A DNA stretch of 64,000 nucleotides from positions 77,223 to 141,222 of IMG/VR virus record IMGVR_UViG_3300033066_001253; one strand, given 5' to 3'. The translations under genes and the position numbers were made by a program. Shown here piece by piece: positions 1 to 9,885 of this stretch; the stretch's first letter is position 1; the number at the start of each line of letters is the position of its first letter. This DNA is from a virus. Its lineage: Duplodnaviria > Heunggongvirae > Uroviricota > Caudoviricetes. Below the pieces are notes generated by a model. That model did not search any database. It was given only the letters and a program-made list of their open reading frames with translations, and was not told the origin of the DNA.

Positions 1-136
1 TTTCTAATTAATTTTCTTAAATTGGATAATAAATAGATGTATATAAAAATTAATATTTATAATCACATAGATATATGAAATACGATTGTAAATTTATATA
101 ATACGTTTATATACACCTATATAATAATTTTAATAA

Positions 137-571
137 ATGAATATAAATAATATTTTTAACTTATTTAATGAACCTGAGGTTGAAGAATCGGGTAATGAAA
201 ATGCTGATAAGTTATATCAAATGTTTAGAGAACATCCATTAGTAAAAATTGGTATGTTTAAGAAAATAATTTCTAATTATAGGAATACTGGAGATGAATT
301 TTTAGAGACTTTCAAAAAATTGGATAGTTCTTTAGATTTAAAAGAGGCTAAGCGAGCAGGAGATTTTATAATTAATAATAGAGCCTGGGAATATATTAAG
401 TGGATTGATATAAGTAAGGAATTCTATTTAAATACTTTAATTTCAGTTTCAACTATTGAATTAAAAGATAATTTAGAATATTCTATTAATTATTATGAAT
501 CTATTGAAGAATATGAGAAATGCGCGTTTTTGTTGGGTATTAAAGAGAAAGTTATGAACAATTTAAAATAA
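137..571 (+). CDS. Hypothetical protein
   Basis: 144-aa ORF with an A/T-rich start context; C-terminal YYESIEEYEKCAFL resembles a UVR-type helical motif. Confidence 0.6.
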   Translation: MNINNIFNLFNEPEVEESGNENADKLYQMFREHPLVKIGMFKKIISNYRNTGDEFLETFKKLDSSLDLKEAKRAGDFIINNRAWEYIKWIDISKEFYLNTLISVSTIELKDNLEYSINYYESIEEYEKCAFLLGIKEKVMNNLK

Positions 572-573
572 GC

Positions 574-602
574 TTGGAGGCGCATTTTAAATCACTTATA
601 AT
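574..602 (+). promoter_or_regulatory. Sigma70-like (early/middle) promoter
   Basis: TTGGAG (574-579), 17 nt, TATAAT (597-602); same geometry at several other intergenic sites. Confidence 0.65.
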
Positions 603-679
603 CATAACAACAGGGGTTATCAACATTTAAATAACATTTAGGAAAATAAATTAGTAAAAATTTAATAAATAAAAATAAA

Positions 680-877
680 ATGAGAAATAGAGAATTATTA
701 ATTAATAAGATTGAATTAATGGAGGGTTATTTTAAAACCTTAAAACATTTAACAGGTTCAGGTGGAACCTTAGAACAATATTTAGATTTCCTATCCAGGT
801 CAGAAGATAGATTAGAAGAAATTAAATCTATGATTGAACGAGAGGATATGACACCTAATGAATTAAATAAATATTAA
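680..877 (+). CDS. Small hypothetical protein
   Basis: 65-aa ORF downstream of the promoter, A-rich start context. Confidence 0.6.
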   Translation: MRNRELLINKIELMEGYFKTLKHLTGSGGTLEQYLDFLSRSEDRLEEIKSMIEREDMTPNELNKY

Positions 878-893
878 ATAAAAAATAAACGTT

Positions 894-1670
894 ATGAATC
901 TTACAGCAGAACAAATCCAAGATAATTGGAATGAACTAATAGGATATATTAATAAATATATTTCATCTCCCAGAAGAGAAAAATTACTAGCTTTTTATGA
1001 AAAATATCAAGATAGATTAATTATAATGCCAGCTAGTCACAAACGCGAATATCATAATGCATTCCCAGGTGGATATATAGAACATGTTAACCGTGTTATT
1101 AAATCATCTCTCCAAATTAACGAAACTTGGGTTAATGAAGGTATTGAACAAAATTATACTATTGAAGAATTAGTATTTTCAGCCCTAAATCATGACCTAG
1201 GAAAAATGGGTGATGAAGAACATGAAGCTTATATTCCTCAAACCAATCAATGGCGTAAAGATAATATGGGAGAAGATTATATCTTTAATACTGAACTTGA
1301 ATTCATGTCTGTTCCAGACCGAGGATTATATTTACTTCAAACCCACGGGATTGAATATACTAAAAATGAATATCTAGCTATTAAATTACATGATGGTATT
1401 TATGATGACGCTAATAAACCATATTTAATGGGTTGGCTACCAGGTCAAAAATTACGTTGTGCTTTACCTTATATTATTCATCAAGGTGACTTCTTGGCTG
1501 CTATTTTCGAATTCCAAAGAGAATGGTTTCCAAAATTTAAAAATAGCGGGGAATCTCAAAAGAAAGAGAGTACATTAAAGGAGAAAAGTAAATCCCCAAC
1601 CAAAGTTAAGGCCTTAGGTAATTTAAAAAGCGAAGGTTTAAGTAAAGCAATGGATGGTTTCTTTAAATAA
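894..1670 (+). CDS. HD-domain phosphohydrolase
   Basis: HNAFPGGYIEH ... NHDLGK ... LHDG ... HQGD metal-binding motifs. Confidence 0.8.
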   Translation: MNLTAEQIQDNWNELIGYINKYISSPRREKLLAFYEKYQDRLIIMPASHKREYHNAFPGGYIEHVNRVIKSSLQINETWVNEGIEQNYTIEELVFSALNHDLGKMGDEEHEAYIPQTNQWRKDNMGEDYIFNTELEFMSVPDRGLYLLQTHGIEYTKNEYLAIKLHDGIYDDANKPYLMGWLPGQKLRCALPYIIHQGDFLAAIFEFQREWFPKFKNSGESQKKESTLKEKSKSPTKVKALGNLKSEGLSKAMDGFFK

Positions 1671-1676
1671 ATTATT

Positions 1677-1952
1677 ATGACAATAGCTCTTACAATTACA
1701 ATTTTCCTTTTAATTATTTGTTTTTTAATTATTAGAAATCTTCTATTAAAAAATGAAAAATGTGAAGATATCATCAATAATTATAGTAATTATATTACTA
1801 AATTTGATGAAATTATTACATTTACAGATACTCAATTAAAAGAAATTGATAGTAAAGGTGCTTTTGCTAGTGATGATGAGGTTGGATTTTTCTTTTTAAA
1901 AATTAAAGAATTACAAAAAATTCTAAATCAATTTAAAATAGAAAAACGTTAA
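1677..1952 (+). CDS. Small membrane-anchored hypothetical protein
   Basis: N-terminal hydrophobic segment IALTITIFLLIICFLII. Confidence 0.65.
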   Translation: MTIALTITIFLLIICFLIIRNLLLKNEKCEDIINNYSNYITKFDEIITFTDTQLKEIDSKGAFASDDEVGFFFLKIKELQKILNQFKIEKR

Positions 1953-1953
1953 T

Positions 1954-2946
1954 ATGAGTTTAACTCCTTTAGTAGAAAATAAAAAGAAACAAAAAAAACA
2001 ATATTTTACTCAAGAAACTGAAGATGCCATTATTAGATATAATGGTTCTTCTGATTTTGATGAAAGAAGTAGAATATATGAACGAGAGATTCATTATGCT
2101 TTCTTTAAACTTACCCAAAATATAATTCATACTTTTAAATTTTATTATACTGATGTTGAAGATATTGAAGATTTACAACATGAATTAATGGAATTTTTAT
2201 TAACTAAAATTCATTTATTTCATCATAGTAGAAATATTAATGATAGATTAAATAAAATAATCAATAAAACATTTAAAGAAGAAAATCAATATAATCATCA
2301 CGATTATAGAATTCATTTAGATAAACTTGTTGAGGGTTCATTTGTTGAGTTTATGAATGATTCACCTAAAGTAACTCAACAAGATATAAATAACTTTATT
2401 AATACTCTACAAGTATCTAAAGAATGTTTAGAAAAATTAAAAACACTAACCCCACCAAAAGCATTTTCTTATTTTGGAACTATTACTAAAAGATGGTTAA
2501 TTATTGAAAATGATAAAAATTATAAGAAAAAGAAAAAAGTTGATAGAGTAGATATGAATGAGTTAGATGAAAATATTTCTACTGGTGAAATTATTTCAAC
2601 TAATGATAATTTATATAATTTTATGGAAGCTTTTACTAAATATTGTTATGATAACTTATATGAAATATATCCTGAAGACAAATTATTTCCTGAAAATAAA
2701 TTAAAAGTACAAATAGCTGATGCTATACTTAATTTATTTTCTAAACGTGATCATTTAGATATATTTAATAAAAAAGCATTATATTTTAATATTAGGGAAT
2801 TAGTTGATGCAAAAACACAAAAAATTACCGAAGTAGCTAACGAATTAAAATCAATATTTACTCCGGCTTACGTTAATTATTTAGAAACTGGTATAATAAA
2901 TTTTGAACCTTATATATTTATATTAAAAAATGAGCGATCTAGATAA
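1954..2946 (+). CDS. Phage RNA polymerase sigma factor (T4 gp55-like late sigma)
   Basis: YFTQETEDAIIRYN near the N-terminus; KAFSYFGTITKR resembles the NPFAYFTQI region-2 motif of gp55; lies ahead of structural genes. Confidence 0.6.
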   Translation: MSLTPLVENKKKQKKQYFTQETEDAIIRYNGSSDFDERSRIYEREIHYAFFKLTQNIIHTFKFYYTDVEDIEDLQHELMEFLLTKIHLFHHSRNINDRLNKIINKTFKEENQYNHHDYRIHLDKLVEGSFVEFMNDSPKVTQQDINNFINTLQVSKECLEKLKTLTPPKAFSYFGTITKRWLIIENDKNYKKKKKVDRVDMNELDENISTGEIISTNDNLYNFMEAFTKYCYDNLYEIYPEDKLFPENKLKVQIADAILNLFSKRDHLDIFNKKALYFNIRELVDAKTQKITEVANELKSIFTPAYVNYLETGIINFEPYIFILKNERSR

Positions 2947-3280
2947 AATAATTTTCGGTAAGAAAAAATTTAGTGATATTTTTCAAGAAATATATAATAA
3001 TCAGATTAAAAAAGAAGGTCAAATATCTTCCCTAATAGCAGAATTAAAACCATTAGTACAAGATATAGGCGATGCTACATTAGTAGTTCCATTAATTAAA
3101 GAATATTTAGAAATTGGAGTCAAAAATGATGAACAATTAATTAAAATGGCTACCATTATTCAAAGATTAATCCAATCATCATCCAGTGGTAAAGATGATG
3201 GAGGTGATGGTACTGGTTTATCTGAAGCTGAGAAGAAACAATTAATGGATGAATTAGAAGAACTACAAAATAAAAAATGA
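2930..3280 (+). CDS. Conserved-looking helical protein (possible terminase small subunit)
   Basis: 116 aa, all-helical; coupled to the sigma and baseplate genes; function is inference only. Confidence 0.35.
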   Translation: MSDLDKIIFGKKKFSDIFQEIYNNQIKKEGQISSLIAELKPLVQDIGDATLVVPLIKEYLEIGVKNDEQLIKMATIIQRLIQSSSSGKDDGGDGTGLSEAEKKQLMDELEELQNKK

Positions 3281-4518
3281 CACAATTTGGTTTTCCTGGT
3301 TTAAATCAAAATTTAAATAAAACAGGTGGTTCTATTTCAAAACAACCCCCCTCAATAATTGTTGGAAGAGTTTCTGATATAATTTTAGATGAAAACCATA
3401 AAGATTTTAATAAAAAGGGTACATTAGGTGAAGGTGGATGGTCTTCATTAGGAAATATTTATTTTACTGATTTAAGCATAAATGGTCCTAATACATCAAA
3501 ACCAAAAATAGCTCACCCATTATCCCCATCTATTAAGAATCCACCATTATTAAACGAATTAATTTATATATTTCCTCTTCCTGATAAATCTTCTCAAAAT
3601 AATACTTTATCTACAAAATATTATTATTTAAATATAATTAATATTTGGAATAGTTCATTACATAATGCTAATCCATTTTCTCAAGATGTAAGTAAACCAT
3701 CAAACAAAAGTTATTCTTCAGTTTCTTCAACTTCTAAACCTGGAGTAATTCAAGATAATTTACCTAGTATTGATTTAGGAATAAATTGGATTAATAATAA
3801 AAAAACCAACCCCTTATATTCATATTTAGGAGATTATATAGTTGAAGGTAGATTTAATAATTCTATTCGATTAGGAAGTACTATAAGAAAATCAACAAAT
3901 AATTGGTCTACATCAGGAGATGAAGGTGATCCTATAATTATAATTAGAAATACTAACAGTCATTCTGATAAAGATTCATGGATTCCTGAAAATGAAGATG
4001 TAAATAAAGATGATTCATCTATTTATATCTCTTCAACCCAAAAAATACCTACAAAAGTTTCTAATGAAAATTATAGAAGTTTAATCCCAACAGAACCTAT
4101 AAATTCATTAAATGAGTATAATAAATCTCAAATAATATTAAAATCAGGAAGATTAGTTTTTTATAGTAAAGAAGATAATTTATTATTATTTTCAGATAAA
4201 AATATAGGTTTATCATCTCAAGAATCAATTGGTTTATCATCTAAAAATATAACATTAGATGCAACTAATGTATTTTTTGGAAATAATAAAGCATCAGAAC
4301 CTGTTTTATTAGGAGATAAAACAGAAAAATTACTAAGTACTTTATTAAAAACTTTAGATACATTATGTATTGCTCTAGCTGGTGCTCAAGATTGGCCTAA
4401 AGGTGAAGCAGCTCCTTCAACAGCAATAAGGTATGCTGCTGAATCAACTAAAAATATAATTAAAGAATTAGGTAATCAATTAAAAGATATTAAATCTAAA
4501 ACCGTAAAAACAATATAG
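3277..4518 (+). CDS. Baseplate hub/spike protein (gp5/gpV-like)
   Basis: OB-fold-like N-terminus (IVGRVSDIIL); beta-helix-like C-terminus (KSGRLVFYSK...ITLDATNVFFG...EPVLLGD); position before gp25 and gp6. Confidence 0.55.
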   Translation: MTQFGFPGLNQNLNKTGGSISKQPPSIIVGRVSDIILDENHKDFNKKGTLGEGGWSSLGNIYFTDLSINGPNTSKPKIAHPLSPSIKNPPLLNELIYIFPLPDKSSQNNTLSTKYYYLNIINIWNSSLHNANPFSQDVSKPSNKSYSSVSSTSKPGVIQDNLPSIDLGINWINNKKTNPLYSYLGDYIVEGRFNNSIRLGSTIRKSTNNWSTSGDEGDPIIIIRNTNSHSDKDSWIPENEDVNKDDSSIYISSTQKIPTKVSNENYRSLIPTEPINSLNEYNKSQIILKSGRLVFYSKEDNLLLFSDKNIGLSSQESIGLSSKNITLDATNVFFGNNKASEPVLLGDKTEKLLSTLLKTLDTLCIALAGAQDWPKGEAAPSTAIRYAAESTKNIIKELGNQLKDIKSKTVKTI

Positions 4519-4519
4519 A

Positions 4520-5761
4520 ATGTCTGAAATAATTACTATAACTGGAAAAATTTTAGATTCTTCTAACAGTAATATTATTCCTGGAGTTAAAGTTTCTCAA
4601 GGAAAATATTTTACTAATACAGATGGAAATGGAGTTTTTACTTTTATAATAGATATTCCTATAACAGTTTCAACTAGTGATAATTCTTTTATACAAACTA
4701 GTAATTCTTTTACTAATATACAATCTAATCCTGAATATATAAAATTAAGTAAAGATCAAAAACAATACATTAGAGATCAATTAACCTTAACTTTTTATCA
4801 AAAAAATTATTCACAAAATACTGAAATATTCCCTTTTAATAATAAAGGTGAATGGGTATTAGATTTAGGAATAATTCAATTAACACCTCAAAATCAACAA
4901 TTAGATTCAGATAAAGTAGAAAGTCAACTATCTACTGATCAAGAAAATCAAATATTAAAAGATAAAATTAATAAAGATAATATAAAAGCAGGTGCATCTG
5001 CTCAATTACAAACATCTTTAAATAAATTTATTCTTAAAATAAAAAATACATTAATACCATTATTATTACTCTTACTATCTGAGTTTGGAGTTACATTGGC
5101 AATGGTAAATAAAAATAAATTTCTAGATAAAAAACAATGTCCTACTAATGAAAAATTATTACAAATAATATCTAGACGTAATAAAATAGTAACTCAATTA
5201 AATAATTTATATTCATTTTTAAATACTGTTTCTCAATCAACAACATTGTTAACTGGATTTTTAGAAGTATTACAATTATCCATTACTATAGCCAAAGCAG
5301 TTCCTGCTCCCGCTCCTGCAGGAGTAGCAGCTATTTTAATATCTTTAGAAAACAAATTAGGAAAAATAATTCATGTGATTGCTGGTATATCATTTACATC
5401 ATTGATAGCAGCAGCTACATTAAAACAAATAATTTCATTAATTTCAGCATTAGATAGTTTAATTCAACAATGTTCTATAGATAATAATGTATCTTTAGTA
5501 GCTATAAATAATGATATACTAAATGCTTCTAATTTAGCAAATGAAGCTATATATAATGGAAATATTGAATACAAAGGATTCACATTAGGAATACAAGAAG
5601 ATACTCAAGATAATAACAAATATGTGAAAAGATATGCTATAGCTAGGGATGTTAGAGGTAATATCGTATTACGTGGTGAATCATCTTTTAGTGCATCAAC
5701 ACAAATATTAATAGATGAATTAAAATTTCAAATAGATCAACAAAACTTAAAAGCCTTTTAA
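4520..5761 (+). CDS. Hypothetical virion/baseplate-region protein
   Basis: 413 aa; N-terminal carboxypeptidase-regulatory-like beta domain (ITGKILDS...PGVKV...TDGNGVF); hydrophobic helices mid-protein. Confidence 0.5.
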   Translation: MSEIITITGKILDSSNSNIIPGVKVSQGKYFTNTDGNGVFTFIIDIPITVSTSDNSFIQTSNSFTNIQSNPEYIKLSKDQKQYIRDQLTLTFYQKNYSQNTEIFPFNNKGEWVLDLGIIQLTPQNQQLDSDKVESQLSTDQENQILKDKINKDNIKAGASAQLQTSLNKFILKIKNTLIPLLLLLLSEFGVTLAMVNKNKFLDKKQCPTNEKLLQIISRRNKIVTQLNNLYSFLNTVSQSTTLLTGFLEVLQLSITIAKAVPAPAPAGVAAILISLENKLGKIIHVIAGISFTSLIAAATLKQIISLISALDSLIQQCSIDNNVSLVAINNDILNASNLANEAIYNGNIEYKGFTLGIQEDTQDNNKYVKRYAIARDVRGNIVLRGESSFSASTQILIDELKFQIDQQNLKAF

Positions 5762-5767
5762 ACTTAA

Positions 5768-5776
5768 ATATTTATA
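5768..5776 (+). promoter_or_regulatory. Candidate late promoter motif ATATTTATA (representative copy)
   Basis: Recurs just upstream of starts at 53, 5768, 16000, 22799, 23682, 27785, 30280, 35758, 37599, 38756, 40582, 44779, 46355, 52191, 53986, 54831, 56850, 59514, 60801, 62600, 62626; variant ATATGTATA at 18719, 49305, 63312. Confidence 0.65.
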
Positions 5777-5780
5777 ACAA

Positions 5781-6158
5781 ATGAAATCAAGTGAATTAAA
5801 AAAATTAATCAAAGACGCAGTTCAGGAAGCTATTAAAGATGAACTAAGGGATATATTATTAGAAGCAGTAAGAGCTAATAAAAACTCACCACCTCTAATG
5901 GAAAATCAACATATTAATTTTAGCCAACAAATCCCCAATCCAGGTTCTACTTCAAAAGCTCCATCAACTTTAATAGATCAAAGAAAAGCGTATGCTGATA
6001 TATTAAATTCTATGTCTAGAAATGGAGATACAATGAATTTTGATACTCAAGGAATGGGTTTATCTCATATTCCTTCTGATACTGTATCTGAAGGTTCATC
6101 ATTACCTGCAGGAGATGTTAGTTTAGATATGATAATGAATTTAACAGGAATTAAATAA
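5781..6158 (+). CDS. Hypothetical protein with N-terminal LKKLIK helix tag
   Basis: MKSSELKKLIKDAVQEAIKDELRDILLE. Confidence 0.65.
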   Translation: MKSSELKKLIKDAVQEAIKDELRDILLEAVRANKNSPPLMENQHINFSQQIPNPGSTSKAPSTLIDQRKAYADILNSMSRNGDTMNFDTQGMGLSHIPSDTVSEGSSLPAGDVSLDMIMNLTGIK

Positions 6159-6562
6159 TGGCAATAAACCCTCGTAAAATATATCCTATTGATACAAAAC
6201 CTAGTGTTGCTGTAGGTATATCTTTACCGTTAAATAAACCATCTGTTTTTGGATCGACATATTTAACAAAGGATGCTATAAAATATAATTTAATAAATTT
6301 CTTTTTAACTAATAAATATGAAAGATATTTAAATAATAATTTTGGAGCTAATTTACGAGCATTTATTTTTGAACAAATTACAAATGGAAATATTGATTTT
6401 TTAAAAGAAGATATACAAACTAAATTAAATCAAAATTTTTCCAATATAAATTTAATTAATCTATCAGTGAATCAATTTCCTGATAATAACGCTTTACAAG
6501 TTATAATGGAATATAATATTCCTAATACTAATATAGAAGATAAAATTGAAATAACATTCTAA
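6158..6562 (+). CDS. gp25: Baseplate wedge protein, gp25-like
   Basis: AIKYNLINFFLTNKYERYLNNNFGANLRAFIFE matches the gp25/GPW pattern (LLT..GER...P.FG..L...FE). Confidence 0.8.
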   Translation: MAINPRKIYPIDTKPSVAVGISLPLNKPSVFGSTYLTKDAIKYNLINFFLTNKYERYLNNNFGANLRAFIFEQITNGNIDFLKEDIQTKLNQNFSNINLINLSVNQFPDNNALQVIMEYNIPNTNIEDKIEITF

Positions 6563-8415
6563 TGGCTGATAAGAAGAATATTACTTACTTAAATAGAGAC
6601 TTTAATACATTTAAAAATGCATTAATAGACTTTACCAAAACTTATTATCCACAAACCTACACAGATTTTACCCCATCTTCACCAGGAATGATGTTTATGG
6701 AACAAGCATCAGTCGTTGGAGATATTTTATCATTTTATTTAGATAATCAGGTACAAGAAACATACGTTCAACATGCTAAACAAGATAATAACTTATTTGA
6801 GTTAGCTTATATGTTTAGTTATAAACCTAAAGTAACTTCTGCAGCATTTACAGATGTATCTATTTATCAATTAGTTCCTTCAATATTATCAGGTAGTAAT
6901 TATATTCCTGATTTCGATTATGCTCTTAGAATTGAAAAAAATGCAACCCTAACTTCTACATCAGTAGGAATACCTTCATTTATTACTCAAGATGAAGTAG
7001 ATTTTTCTATATCTAGTTCAGCAGATCCTACAGAAATAACAGTTTATCAATTATCAGGAAATAATCCCGTATATTATTTATTAAAAAAGAAAGTTAAAGC
7101 ATTTTCTACAACTATAAATTCAACAACTTCAACATTTGGAAGTCCTGAAAAATTCCCAACATTAGAAATAAGTGATAATAGAATAATGGGAATTTTAGAT
7201 ATTACAGATAGTGATGGAAATACATGGTATGAAGTAGATTATCTAGCTCAAGATACAGTTTATGATTCTGTAAAAAATACTAATCTAAATGATCCTAATC
7301 AGTTTGAAAATACTGATACTCCTTATTTATTAAAATTAAAACAAGTACAAAGACGATTTGTTTCAAGATTTTTAGATTCAACTACATTACAAATTCAATT
7401 TGGTGCAGGTACAACAAATAGTTCTGATGAAACAATAATCCCTAATACAGATAATGTGGGTTTAGGTTTACCATTTGGTCAAAATAAAATGACAACTGCT
7501 TATAGTCCATCTAATTTTGTTTTTACAAATACTTATGGTATTGCTCCTTCAAATACAACTTTAACAATAAGATATTTAACAGGAGGAGGAGCTTCAGCTA
7601 ATATACCTTCTAGTACTTTAAACCAAATTTCAGGAACTATTAAATTTCTTAAAAATAATTTAAATTCTGTTACTGCTCAAACAATATTTGATTCATTAGC
7701 AATTGAAAATGAATTTGCTGCTGATGGAGGAAGTGATGGTGATACTATAGAAGAATTAAGACAAAATATAATGTCTAATTATAACACTCAACAACGTTCG
7801 GTAACCCCTGATGATTATTTAATTAGATCTTTAAGTATGTCTCCTAGATTTGGAGCTGTAGCTAAAGCTTATATTGAGGCTACTAAAATACAAAATATTA
7901 ATTTGGGTGAAATTCCATCTATTCTTGATTTATACATTTTAACTTATAATAATAATAAACAATTAACTACATCATCTACTTCAATTAAACAAAATTTAGC
8001 AACTTATTTATCTCAATATAGAATAGTCGGAGATTCAATTAGAATTAGAGATGCATTTGTTATTAATATAGGAATTAACTTTGATATAATTGTTTTACCT
8101 GATTATAATAACAATGATGTTTTAAATAATTGTATTAAAGCTTTACAAGATTTTTTTAATATTGAAAAATGGCAAATAAATCAACCAATATTCTTAAGAG
8201 ATTTATATATACTTTTAGATAAAATAGAAGGAGTACAAACAGTGAAAAATATAGAAATTTACAACAAATCTGGAGTTTCAGATGGATATTCAAAATACGG
8301 ATATAGCATTCCTTCAGCTACTGTAAATAATGTAATTTATCCAAGTTTAGATCCAAGTATTTTTGAATGTAGATATTTAAACGAAGATATAAAAGGAAGA
8401 GTTTCTTCATTATAA
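6562..8415 (+). CDS. gp6: Baseplate wedge subunit, gp6-like
   Basis: YLNRDF...YTDF..SSPGMMFME...GDILSFYLD N-terminus; QIQFG.G; R.VTPDDY baseplate-J motif. Confidence 0.85.
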   Translation: MADKKNITYLNRDFNTFKNALIDFTKTYYPQTYTDFTPSSPGMMFMEQASVVGDILSFYLDNQVQETYVQHAKQDNNLFELAYMFSYKPKVTSAAFTDVSIYQLVPSILSGSNYIPDFDYALRIEKNATLTSTSVGIPSFITQDEVDFSISSSADPTEITVYQLSGNNPVYYLLKKKVKAFSTTINSTTSTFGSPEKFPTLEISDNRIMGILDITDSDGNTWYEVDYLAQDTVYDSVKNTNLNDPNQFENTDTPYLLKLKQVQRRFVSRFLDSTTLQIQFGAGTTNSSDETIIPNTDNVGLGLPFGQNKMTTAYSPSNFVFTNTYGIAPSNTTLTIRYLTGGGASANIPSSTLNQISGTIKFLKNNLNSVTAQTIFDSLAIENEFAADGGSDGDTIEELRQNIMSNYNTQQRSVTPDDYLIRSLSMSPRFGAVAKAYIEATKIQNINLGEIPSILDLYILTYNNNKQLTTSSTSIKQNLATYLSQYRIVGDSIRIRDAFVINIGINFDIIVLPDYNNNDVLNNCIKALQDFFNIEKWQINQPIFLRDLYILLDKIEGVQTVKNIEIYNKSGVSDGYSKYGYSIPSATVNNVIYPSLDPSIFECRYLNEDIKGRVSSL

Positions 8416-8423
8416 AATAAAAC

Positions 8424-9560
8424 ATGGCAATCTATAAATTATTTCCTTCTTACGATACTACATTATACTCTCAATACCCAGACCAAAACACTGGACTTGA
8501 TAGTATATTAGAGGTTTTTAACAAAACCCACAACACCGATCCTTTATATATTTCCGAAGCTGAAGTAGCTAGAACTTTAATATCATTTGATTCAACAGAA
8601 ATAGCTGATGTAATAGAAGATATTATAAGTGGATCACAATGGCAAGCTAATCTTAAATTATTTAACGCAAAAACAACAGGAATAACTGCTGATTCTAAAA
8701 TTTATATTTATCCATTAGCTCAATCTTGGACTAATGGAACTGGTAGATATGATAATTCTCCTAAAACAGAGAATGGAGCTAGTTGGACTTGGAGAACATT
8801 TAACGGAGGAACAACATGGATTACGTCTTCATTTGGATCATATATAACTGCATCCTTCCCATCATCCAATCCTGGTGGTGGAATTTGGTACACAGGATCA
8901 TCAAATGGTTTAAGATATGAAGTAACCCAATCATTTGGATTAAGAAGTATAAAAGACATTAATTCAAATATAACTGATATAGTAAATTCATGGTATTCAG
9001 GAAGTATATCAAATAATGGAGTTATATTAAAATGGGGATCTAATTTAGAATTTAATTCTAGTGAATCATTAGAACCTAATATGAATCTATTTGCAGTAGA
9101 TACTCATACTATTTATCCTCCAGAACTTGAATTTAGATTTAATGATTATTCATTCAATACTGGTTCAAATACACAAGGGTTTATAACATCATCCAATATG
9201 ATATTATCTTTTCCTAATAATAAAGGAGAATTTAATCAAAATAGTATCCAAAAATTTAGAATAGATGTGCGACCTCAATATCCTGCTCGTACATTCATAA
9301 CAAGTTCATATTATATTTCAAATAATTATTTACCTTTATCGTCTAGTTATGCTATAAAGGATTTAGATACAAATGAATTTGTAATAGATTTTGATGATAC
9401 TTACACTAAGATAAGTGCTGATAGTGAAGGAAATTACTTTAAGATATTTATGAATGGCTTAGAACCAGAAAGATATTATAAGATTTTAGTAAAAACAATT
9501 ATAAACGGTGAAACTCTTATTCATGACAATGAATATTATTTTAAAGTAAAAAATGAGTAA
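8424..9560 (+). CDS. Virion structural protein (DNRLRE-like domain)
   Basis: DTTLYSQYPDQNTGLDSILEV...RTLISFD...NNGVILK...YPPELEFRFND; within the baseplate operon. Confidence 0.55.
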   Translation: MAIYKLFPSYDTTLYSQYPDQNTGLDSILEVFNKTHNTDPLYISEAEVARTLISFDSTEIADVIEDIISGSQWQANLKLFNAKTTGITADSKIYIYPLAQSWTNGTGRYDNSPKTENGASWTWRTFNGGTTWITSSFGSYITASFPSSNPGGGIWYTGSSNGLRYEVTQSFGLRSIKDINSNITDIVNSWYSGSISNNGVILKWGSNLEFNSSESLEPNMNLFAVDTHTIYPPELEFRFNDYSFNTGSNTQGFITSSNMILSFPNNKGEFNQNSIQKFRIDVRPQYPARTFITSSYYISNNYLPLSSSYAIKDLDTNEFVIDFDDTYTKISADSEGNYFKIFMNGLEPERYYKILVKTIINGETLIHDNEYYFKVKNE

Positions 9561-9885
9561 AATTAATTTAAATAAAACAGTTTTTGAAAAAAGACAATAT
9601 CCAAAAATAATTGATACTTCATTTAATCAACTTTCTTTAAAATTTACTCCACCCCCAGAATTACCAACCCCCCCAAAACTGGATGAATTTTTTAAATCTT
9701 ACAATGATTTATTTTATGATATTCCAGAAACAGGAGAAACTAATTCACATGAGTTTTTAATTAAACAGAGTAGTGCTTATATTGATTTTCAACAAGTAAA
9801 TGAAGATGTTCAAGCTTTATTAGACGAGATAGCTTCATTAAGAATAGAAAATTTAGAATTACAAAAACAATTATTAAATAAATAA
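9553..9885 (+). CDS. Hypothetical baseplate-region protein
   Basis: 110-aa ORF coupled to its neighbours; C-terminal coiled coil. Confidence 0.6.
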   Translation: MSKINLNKTVFEKRQYPKIIDTSFNQLSLKFTPPPELPTPPKLDEFFKSYNDLFYDIPETGETNSHEFLIKQSSAYIDFQQVNEDVQALLDEIASLRIENLELQKQLLNK

